Assembly: GCA_028279595.1 (NCBI GenBank)
Contig: JANQNK010000013.1
Location: forward strand, 53,682 to 117,681
DNA length: 64,000 nt
Source of the DNA: Thermoplasmatota archaeon
Lineage (GTDB): Archaea; Thermoplasmatota; JAKEGO01
Direction: 5' to 3'
A program made the position numbers and the translations under genes. This document shows, piece after piece, positions 57,201-64,000 of this stretch; the first letter of the stretch is position 1; every line of letters starts with the position of its first letter. The notes beneath the pieces are model-generated. The model had not been told where the DNA came from, did no database searches, and saw nothing but the letters and a program-made list of their open reading frames with translations.

Positions 57201-60200
57201 GCCGAGGGAGATCCCTGTCGTCGAGTCCTTGACGACACCGTGCTCGAAGATGGTTCCGCTGCTCGCCACTATGCGCATCCCAGTGACGGCGTTCTTGACC
57301 CAGGTCCTCTGGGTGGACGTCCCCTCGAACCTCAGTTTTGTAGCGTTGTAGGCATATATGCCCACGGTGGAGTCCTCCACGCGGATGGCGTCGGCGATCC
57401 TCACCGATACGGAATCGAATATCTCGATGCCGCGGCCGCATTTCCGTATCGTGCCGTTGGCGCCCACGACGATCCTGTTGGACCCGTCGATGGCTATTCC
57501 CTTGTCGGAGTACCAGATGTTCGTGTAGTTGATCTCGATGTCCGAGCAGTTGTCGATGCTGACACCGATGACGTTGTCGGAGAAATCTGTGTCGATGATG
57601 TGTAGGTCAACGGTGTTCAGGGCGTACAGCCCAGCATCCCCGCCGGTGATGTTCGAGTACTGGAACACGATGTCGGAGGAGCAGTTCACGAAAGCGACCT
57701 GTCCGACATTGCTGATGAGGGGTTCGTCGATGATGAGCGAGCTCAGCGAGATGCTCCACTGGTGGTCGTAGTAGAAGGATGTCTTCGCGCCATTCACCCT
57801 GTTCGAGCGTCCGATCGAATTGTATAGCCCGTTGTCGCCGAAGAAGAACGCATAGTTATCGTCGTGCTTATCGATGTTGTTGTCGTCGAGGTCGTTCCCG
57901 TAGGACCTGATGAACTCGATCCCCCGTTCGCACTCCTCGATCGTATTCTCGGTCAGGTCGGAGTTTGATAGACCGTCGAGGGAGATTCCGACGCTTCCGC
58001 TCGTCAGATTGTTGTAGATGAGGGTGTGCCCGGTCCCTGATGCAACGATCCCCGTTCCGAAGTAGGTGATCGTGCACATCTCGAGCGTGGAACCGGACCC
58101 GCCGACGGATACGGCGTCCTCCATGTCGTTGACGGTGACCTCCGAAAGTGTGCAGCCAGTGCCCGAGACGGACATACCCACATCCCCGTCGTCGAAGCCT
58201 GATGCGTTGAGTTCGAGCCCGGCCGTGCCCGACACCAGCAGGCCATTGGTCGTTCCGGATGTATTGATCCCGGTCAGCACGGCTCCCGACCCCCCGGTCA
58301 TGCTGATGCCTGTCTCACCATCGGTCATGTCGATGCCGACGAGTGTGACGTCTGAGGTCGAATCGGTGACGATACCCATGCTTCCGAGGACGCCTCCGAG
58401 CTCCAGGTCCGCGTCCGTGATGGAGATCGAGCTGCCGTCGACCGTGTTGACGACCCTGTAGCAGCCGAGCGAATCGACGTTACGGATGATCATGTTGGTG
58501 CAGTTGTCGAGGTCGAGGCCGTCGACCAGCGATATGAGGGTCAGGTTCGTGATGTTGCCGCGTGGGATGTCGACCATGGATATCCCGGTCTCGGCAAGCG
58601 TTCCGTCTATCGTGATGTTCTCGAGCACAGGTCTCTTGTTGAGGTTCCACAGCTCGATTCCGACCCCGCAGCTGTCGATCTCGAGCTCAGCAGCCGTGAC
58701 ACGGACCGATCCGTCTGCATGGAGTCCAGTGCTGGAATTGATCAGCGAGAGATTGATGAACGACGTCTCGTAGGGTGCGGGGTGCTCTCCCTTCACCCAT
58801 GCGAAGGCCCCTCCGTTGGCGAAGGTCGACCGCATGACGTCAAGGGACCGCAACGAACCTGTCGCGTTCAGGCCAGTGCCGGTCCCGTCGAACTCCGTCA
58901 TATCGATGCTGACGGAGGAGTTCGTCAAAATCGCCCCGGTGTCCATGTCCTCGAAGACCGATCCGGTGATCGTAAGGTTGGTCGTCCGGAATCCATCGAT
59001 GCCGGTGCCGCCCGACTTGAATGTCGAGTCCTCGAAGCCGATGTTCGTGGACGACGTCGAGAGGACGCCGATATCGCAAGAGTAGAAGGTGCACCTGACG
59101 ATCTGAACGGAATCGATGAGATTCAGATTGATCCCGATCCTGCAGTAGGAGAAGTTCATGTCGACGAAGGTCGCATCGTCGGTCTCGACGAGCAGTCCCT
59201 TGTCCCCGATGGCGTCACCGGCGACGCCCAGGCCGGCCAGGATCGAGTTCCTGGCTATCAGCTCGCTGTTCGACCGGGCCCAGAACCTGAGGTTAGGTTC
59301 GATGTCGACGGGCAGTCCGGTGAACGTGCCGTTCCCGAGGGGCGAGATCACGGAGGCATCGTTCATCGTGCCCGCGTTGCCGTCGCCGTCGAGGATGGCG
59401 AGTGTGCCTCCACCCTTCACCTCGATGTGGTTCGCCGTCCCGTTCGAGGCGATCCACAGCTGCGTGTTGGTGAGTGTGAGGTAACCCGTTGGATCGATGG
59501 TCAGGTTCCCGAATACGATGACACTTAACGATGTCCAGTTGGTGACCGAATTGACGGTGACATCACCGTAGTAGACCACGAGAGGATACTGGAACACCAC
59601 CTCGGTGGAGGCGTTGACGATGATCTGAGGGCTTCCCGTACCCAGGTTGACGCTCCCCATGGTGATGTTCGACTCAGCGGTGGAATTCGTCCAACCGAAG
59701 TAGTGGACATCGAAGGTGTGGTTGTGGACCGTCAGGTCGGAGCCGTCGTACTCCCTCGTTAGCACGAGCACCCTCTCCGACCATCCGTCGAGGTCCGTCA
59801 GGTCATCATTGCCGCCGTAGTGGTCCGTGGAGTAGACGGTATCGTTCGAGGAGTCCCAGTGGTCCATCATCTTGACGTCTGCCTCGGAGATCCCGAAGGA
59901 TGTCGGCGGAGCGGTAATGACCCTGACGATCACCCAGTTGCTGACGATCAGCTCGGAATCGGACCCCACGTTCGGTCTCCAGATGGATGTATTGTATACG
60001 TTGAGCTCCGAAAGGACCTCTACCGTAACGTTACCCGGATACGTTTGCGAATCCCATATGTCCACGTCGCGGCTGGTGTACAGGAAGAGGCTCGAGCCGT
60101 CGCCCTCGGAGATGTCGCATCGCCTGATGATCTGGTCGTCGGAGCTGCGGATGTTCACGTTACGTGCATTACCCTTGATGGTGCAGTCCCTGACGCTGTT

Positions 60201-60869
60201 GTCGTCCGAGTTGGAGAACATGTGAATGCCATTGCCGTCGTTGTCAAGGGCCTCCAAGTCCCTGATCGTGTTCCCCGTGCTCTCCTCGAGACTGATGCCA
60301 TGCTGGTCGTTGTACGAGTAGGAACCCTCGCGGATAGTGATATCCTTGCTAGTTCCCAGGTAGATGCCGTCCTGATCGTTGTACTCGGAGGTACAGTCGT
60401 ACATGGTAATGTTGTTCGAGGTAAGGATCCAGATCCCGATATTGGAGTCCGCTATGTCAAGCCTGGTGAGGTCGACCCAATCGGGTCCAGCGATATGGAC
60501 CCCGTGGCTCGCGTTGACGATGGATATCTCGATGATCTCCGCGTAATCCTCGGTGACCTCGAAACCGTAGGAGGAGCCAGGATCTACGGTCACACTGCCG
60601 TTGCCGGTGATCGTGACGGTCTGGTTGACCTCTACGGATTCGTTGTATGTACCATTGGCGATGAAGATCTCGTCGGCGACATATGCGCCGTAGACGGCCT
60701 CCTGGATGGAATCGTAGGGGTGGGCGGCCGTACCGTCCTGTGAAGGATCGGCGGAGTTGGTCCAATCGACATAGATCGTCTTCGCTCCAACGCTCGCTAC
60801 CGCCAAGAGCGAGAACAGAAAGATGACAAAGAATACAAACACTTGCGTCCTACCCGGCCAACCCCTCAC
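54231..60869 (-). CDS. 2212-aa membrane-anchored beta-helix surface protein with Ig/PKD domains and basic tail
   Basis: IYVD...DGT..HPY.SIQEA beta-helix cap, long G.GI coils, PKD DFGDG, TM FIIPLFVLIIIIVILAI. Confidence 0.88.
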   Translation of the reverse strand: MRGWPGRTQVFVFFVIFLFSLLAVASVGAKTIYVDWTNSADPSQDGTAAHPYDSIQEAVYGAYVADEIFIANGTYNESVEVNQTVTITGNGSVTVDPGSSYGFEVTEDYAEIIEISIVNASHGVHIAGPDWVDLTRLDIADSNIGIWILTSNNITMYDCTSEYNDQDGIYLGTSKDITIREGSYSYNDQHGISLEESTGNTIRDLEALDNDGNGIHMFSNSDDNSVRDCTIKGNARNVNIRSSDDQIIRRCDISEGDGSSLFLYTSRDVDIWDSQTYPGNVTVEVLSELNVYNTSIWRPNVGSDSELIVSNWVIVRVITAPPTSFGISEADVKMMDHWDSSNDTVYSTDHYGGNDDLTDLDGWSERVLVLTREYDGSDLTVHNHTFDVHYFGWTNSTAESNITMGSVNLGTGSPQIIVNASTEVVFQYPLVVYYGDVTVNSVTNWTSLSVIVFGNLTIDPTGYLTLTNTQLWIASNGTANHIEVKGGGTLAILDGDGNAGTMNDASVISPLGNGTFTGLPVDIEPNLRFWARSNSELIARNSILAGLGVAGDAIGDKGLLVETDDATFVDMNFSYCRIGINLNLIDSVQIVRCTFYSCDIGVLSTSSTNIGFEDSTFKSGGTGIDGFRTTNLTITGSVFEDMDTGAILTNSSVSIDMTEFDGTGTGLNATGSLRSLDVMRSTFANGGAFAWVKGEHPAPYETSFINLSLINSSTGLHADGSVRVTAAELEIDSCGVGIELWNLNKRPVLENITIDGTLAETGISMVDIPRGNITNLTLISLVDGLDLDNCTNMIIRNVDSLGCYRVVNTVDGSSISITDADLELGGVLGSMGIVTDSTSDVTLVGIDMTDGETGISMTGGSGAVLTGINTSGTTNGLLVSGTAGLELNASGFDDGDVGMSVSGTGCTLSEVTVNDMEDAVSVGGSGSTLEMCTITYFGTGIVASGTGHTLIYNNLTSGSVGISLDGLSNSDLTENTIEECERGIEFIRSYGNDLDDNNIDKHDDNYAFFFGDNGLYNSIGRSNRVNGAKTSFYYDHQWSISLSSLIIDEPLISNVGQVAFVNCSSDIVFQYSNITGGDAGLYALNTVDLHIIDTDFSDNVIGVSIDNCSDIEINYTNIWYSDKGIAIDGSNRIVVGANGTIRKCGRGIEIFDSVSVRIADAIRVEDSTVGIYAYNATKLRFEGTSTQRTWVKNAVTGMRIVASSGTIFEHGVVKDSTTGISLGQCTDTELGSIELVGCDVGVVSIGGSGLSTAVNDAPVFESCGVGLELDDPDMTIIEMATFSGCDYGIDLDGGEDVLISRCEFDSNGMALIASQANGLMLHDSTIEGTGDGFLIKDSSFVSVNGSSRTGGSNLLRFEGVNSSIVADTRIENVDSGIELDGTTEIKLKDITAVYTSTSPIGAPISGDIAFHVIDSVNVTIAEVTIDRYDGGIHISGGGPVLVRDSTVSNAGYRGISTDDTGATIEDVMLNGCDIGIYSYMSTLTILDAYLGGGNTGISGDETEMTGSSITVSDHSSSGLWFEGSLATLSDLTVSESGLGLGAADGSYLQVSNADLNNNSEGIQLSFSDINITATILKDNRVGLGFLNSTAGVMNITLLSLETDMMITNSTASLIQVSLLSDGITGIETEDSSVYGRNIAASGLIACMVSDGGSLILRNVNLSADGTAVDATKTALDLDRCTLSGAEDGLLVSGGTLKMLNTDLVDSGAGVDIRGGEVKTFRYNSITGCDVAIDVTSAVMPHIVGLEFADNDLDLSMFDAGVVVVTDTSFDTWDLEDTSVEVRNYLRVRIISQSTGYGMGTGEVRIWDDGGGGDIYATPYFNGTNSTTGKSGYTDEVLARSATYTASGVTFFTTGVELKMPGWFMKDYGVNMNVSHTETYTYGMATFQTIKYVDGRDQTGLIGTKLKKQLEVVVQDDKSGEMEGIAVAWEIISPNSTDAKISPKEGLSDVNGSVRCNVTLPSTASNLTIIAYLKLDDIKNVTFDLVAEDIEFDLVISTSGIIYIGDDVVFVVDTDLNGAQYFLDFGDGSNTGWTTDTYFTHSYKAGMFMPSLQVMTNTGLISNPVTENVRVQEPEVVIQQEEGDKTDATQFIIPLFVLIIIIVILAIKVMVPDLGKGLMDRKPRIKRAKKDVDFDDSEEFELMPEEPEKEKPAAAAPKKGGETLEDLIIGLEKHKKGDEKEGKKSSFFSKEQPKKPEPAKEPPASKSKNGGKK

Positions 60870-61169
60870 GTAACCACCGTCACCGACATTGATATGAATC
60901 TATATAAAAACTACCGTAAACAGTACTAACGAGTTAAAGAGAGGGTGATTTCGATATATCATCCTATCCGCCTTGTCACGTTCTTCGGATCGAGAGGCTT
61001 CTCTCATTGCCCATGGGATCCTGAATGGTGAGAAATTAATGGAATTAGTGAAATTTCTTCATGAATAATTATCATATTTGCCATATCGGTGAATAAAGTA
61101 TATATATTTCGGAGTACATAGTAATACTATGTGCTTTGCACAATGATGTGCTTTGCATAATATGGAGGC

Positions 61170-62156
61170 ATGAAAATGAGAGGCGCGAAATATGCGGGTT
61201 TCCTGGCGGTCCTCATGGCTATCATGATACTCGGGGCGATACCTGCCGTGGCAGTGCGATCCGAGGACACCGGGGCGAGGGAAGGCGAAGAGAAGGACGA
61301 GAGGGTCAACGACAGGGTCGAGAGCGACGACAGCAACGATGTTCGGGTGGCGCGTAGACCAATCAAGATAGTCCGGGGCAAGTTCATCGGACCCATAACG
61401 GACGAGGATGGCGCGGAGAACGGGAGGATATTCGGATTATATACCCTCTACATGACAGCGGACGGGTCGACGAAGGGTCGTTTCCTGGCGCGCTGGAAGT
61501 ACAACGACATCAAGGGCAAGGCGATGGGGGTCATGAGGAACGGCGAACTCAAGGGTCGCTGGACCGAACTTCCCCAGAGGCCGACCCTGGACGCGGCGAA
61601 CGACGAGCCCACCGATGCCGACGAGAACGAGGTCTGCATCCACTACGGCACCCTGATGGGCAAGTACGAGCTGATGGATGACGGCATCGTCATGCGCGGG
61701 TCCTGGGAGGACAGCGTATCCGGGGAGACTGGATACTTCAAGGCCGAGGAGTACACCCCTGACGAACCGCCCAAGGGCAGGTTCAAGGGAGTTTGGATCT
61801 CCGTCGACACCGAGAACGAGACCCCGGACGTCCGCGGCAAGCTGTACGGGATCTACATCAAGAACCCGAACAGGCCCGGCGGCAGGTTCGCTGGCCGCTG
61901 GACCCTCGGCGACGACGAGAAGGGCACCATTCACGGTCAGTACAGGGGCGGCAACTTCAAGGGAGTCTGGAGGAACGTGAACGGCAATGTCGGTGGATAC
62001 CTCCATGGGACATACGGCGAAGGCACCTTCTCCGGCCGTTGGTTCCACAGGGACGGCACACCCGGCGGCTACCTGAAGGGTGAATACGGCCTCAAGAACG
62101 ACGCTGACGCCTCGGTCGTGGCGACCGAGGACAGACCGGTGGTGGCGGAAGCCTGA
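61170..62156 (+). CDS. Secreted protein built from G(K/R)F.G.W beta-hairpin repeats
   Basis: SD GGAGG, signal peptide, ~8 repeats (GRFKGVW, GRFAGRW, GNFKGVW, GTFSGRW). Confidence 0.8.
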   Translation: MKMRGAKYAGFLAVLMAIMILGAIPAVAVRSEDTGAREGEEKDERVNDRVESDDSNDVRVARRPIKIVRGKFIGPITDEDGAENGRIFGLYTLYMTADGSTKGRFLARWKYNDIKGKAMGVMRNGELKGRWTELPQRPTLDAANDEPTDADENEVCIHYGTLMGKYELMDDGIVMRGSWEDSVSGETGYFKAEEYTPDEPPKGRFKGVWISVDTENETPDVRGKLYGIYIKNPNRPGGRFAGRWTLGDDEKGTIHGQYRGGNFKGVWRNVNGNVGGYLHGTYGEGTFSGRWFHRDGTPGGYLKGEYGLKNDADASVVATEDRPVVAEA

Positions 62157-62183
62157 GACCACAGGGAGGAGGGGTCGGTCCCC

Positions 62184-63410
62184 TTGCCCCTTCTCCAACC
62201 ATTTAATATAATTCAACTCCAATCATCCCGTGGCCCTTGGGTGGGCCGGGGTGTTCCTTTGAAGATGGTGATCGCGTTGGTGGCCTCGATGCTGCTCCTG
62301 GCGCCCTGGACTGGGTTCGCAGGTTCTGTAAAGATCACTGTAAATGAGAATTCTGACGAAGCCTCGGACATCCATATTTTCACGTTATCTGATGGAAATA
62401 ACGAGATCACGGTCGATTTCCCTACCGTTGAACCCTATCATTCACCCTGGGTCGGGATCTCATTCCAACGACCGTTCGGAATAGTGGATGGTAAACTAAG
62501 GTTCGTCGAAAGTATTGTTAGCATCGTCTTTTACGATATCGTCGCATTCAATGATTCGAACGATAACAAATATCTTGACGAGGGTGAGGAGATCGATGAG
62601 ATCGCATGTATCCGAACGTGGAACATGACCGAGGTCGTCGAGGTGGATCCGGGATCGATGGAACCGACATGGGACGGTGCGTGGTCGTTCTCGATCTCAA
62701 GCGAGGGTGGTCAAAGCCAATCCTTCGAAGAGCTGACCATAGGAGTCATAATTATCAGGGAGACCGGGAAGGTTAGTGCCCCAGTCCCGATCTATGACGT
62801 GGTCAAGGACAACGACAACTCGACCTTCAATGTCCATGACATGAAGACAAAGACCCTGAGGAGTATCAACTACTCGATAGAGATCGACCTCTCTGTGGAT
62901 CAATGGGTGCCTGGAAATGGAACCACCAGCTATACGGCTGGGATCGGATTAACTGTCGGCGACTCCCTGGAAGCGATCGGGGATCACGAAAGCCCATTTC
63001 CCGATCAGAGCCACCTCAGATCATGGCCCCACATTGCAGATGGTATTATTGCCTCTCATTTCCCGATCGAAGGACATGGGCTCAGTTCTCAATACTTCAA
63101 CGGCGTTTCAAGTCAACTTGTATGGTCCGATAGACACAATGGATCGATGGTAAACGATTCCGAGGGCTACGTGAGTTGGTTACTTCCAACAGGTTACGGA
63201 CCTTCGCATATCATGTCCATGGTCGACTTCCTCCCAGAAATCGGATCCGATGGGTTCATTCTGAACCTTCATGTCTATTCACTCCAGGATGTGGAGGAAG
63301 AGGACCCCGACCTCAAGCTCGGGTTCACCTTCTATCTCCCGCTCATCTTCATCACCACATTGGTCTCGGCGACGGTCGTGGTCAACTACTACAGGAGGGA
63401 CATGGAATGA
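62184..63410 (+). CDS. Hypothetical secreted protein with C-terminal TM
   Basis: Hydrophobic N-segment (true start likely ~62259-62265), FNDSNDNKYLDEGE Ca-loop-like motif, C-terminal TM. Confidence 0.7.
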   Translation: MPLLQPFNIIQLQSSRGPWVGRGVPLKMVIALVASMLLLAPWTGFAGSVKITVNENSDEASDIHIFTLSDGNNEITVDFPTVEPYHSPWVGISFQRPFGIVDGKLRFVESIVSIVFYDIVAFNDSNDNKYLDEGEEIDEIACIRTWNMTEVVEVDPGSMEPTWDGAWSFSISSEGGQSQSFEELTIGVIIIRETGKVSAPVPIYDVVKDNDNSTFNVHDMKTKTLRSINYSIEIDLSVDQWVPGNGTTSYTAGIGLTVGDSLEAIGDHESPFPDQSHLRSWPHIADGIIASHFPIEGHGLSSQYFNGVSSQLVWSDRHNGSMVNDSEGYVSWLLPTGYGPSHIMSMVDFLPEIGSDGFILNLHVYSLQDVEEEDPDLKLGFTFYLPLIFITTLVSATVVVNYYRRDME

Positions 63411-64000
63411 GGTGTTCAGCCATCCTCATGGTGTTGGTGGTCCTATTGTCCGCTATCGCTCCGGTCGCTGGCGCGCATGGTGCGTCCCAGGTCCAGAGCT
63501 CGGACAATTCGAGCGTCAAGCCACGCCTCGTGAAAGATAACAACGTCGACGGTCGGAACTCGACCTCGGTGGAGATCGGGAGCTCGACCTTCGGTATCCT
63601 GTACGGGACGGAGGGGAGTCCCGGTTTCGTCACCCTCTTCACGAGGACCTCCCGCTATCTCGGCGAGGCGGAGGTCGAGGACAGGGACGGGACATCCCTG
63701 GGGAAGCGTTCGATCAAGGCGCTGTCCTACAGCCAGCACACGATCACACAGCTGGTGGAGTACACCGATTCGAACAGGAACGGATTGTACGATGCCCAGA
63801 GCGTGAGCAATGCGGATGCTTCTGCTGTCAAGAGCGAGAGACGGGTCATGACGGCCGATCTCTCCGTGGCGTGGCATCTCGAGACGGATGAATACGAGGT
63901 CGGGGACACCACCTTCTATCTCTTCACACTTACTGCATGGAACGTTACGGTCCGCGACCGTTCGACAGGAACGGTCCAGGCGAACAAGGTCCTCGGATCG
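63407..64000 (+). CDS. Hypothetical secreted protein (partial, runs off window)
   Basis: Not in the ORF track: GGAGG SD, ATGA overlap, MRCSAILMVLVVLLSAIAPVAGA...FGILYGT...RYLGEA...LVEYTDSNRNGLYD, open to window end. Confidence 0.8.
   Translation, partial: MRCSAILMVLVVLLSAIAPVAGAHGASQVQSSDNSSVKPRLVKDNNVDGRNSTSVEIGSSTFGILYGTEGSPGFVTLFTRTSRYLGEAEVEDRDGTSLGKRSIKALSYSQHTITQLVEYTDSNRNGLYDAQSVSNADASAVKSERRVMTADLSVAWHLETDEYEVGDTTFYLFTLTAWNVTVRDRSTGTVQANKVLGS

Noticed and set aside
62157-62196. Terminator after the 61170-62156 gene
   Set aside because: Purine/pyrimidine stem is imperfect and lacks a clear U-tract; too weak to call.

Overview
GC-rich archaeal chromosomal segment. Archaeosine TGT, Dph5 and an A1:U72 initiator tRNA make it archaeal; Thermoplasmatota is an inference from gene content and the style of the large surface proteins. 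Housekeeping genes: tgtA, scpB, purM, dph5, nfo, uppS, a Nep1-like SPOUT gene and tRNA-Gly/Cys/iMet. Energy genes: a NuoEF/HydBC flavin module and a group 3b [NiFe]-hydrogenase operon with a beta-gamma fusion and a CxxD small subunit. There are also LsrF plus a Zn-dehydrogenase, a K+-channel/TrkA pair, radC, five large membrane-anchored beta-helix/propeller/Ig surface proteins, and a low-GC island with an Lrp regulator and an S8 protease. The most striking unexplained signal is a ~120-125 nt structured element in tandem directly downstream of two different tRNA genes (Cys x2; Gly x1 plus a decayed copy). Each copy has an inverted and a direct copy of its own host tRNA's 3' end. A fixed-geometry 66-67 nt two-hairpin insert sits in the T-loop and shows compensatory base changes. 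Other oddities: probable non-AUG (AUH) starts, a tandem wHTH pair broken by in-frame TGA and TAG, an initiator tRNA overlapping a stop codon, and a second dispersed two-hairpin element. All calls come from reading motifs by eye; no searches were run.
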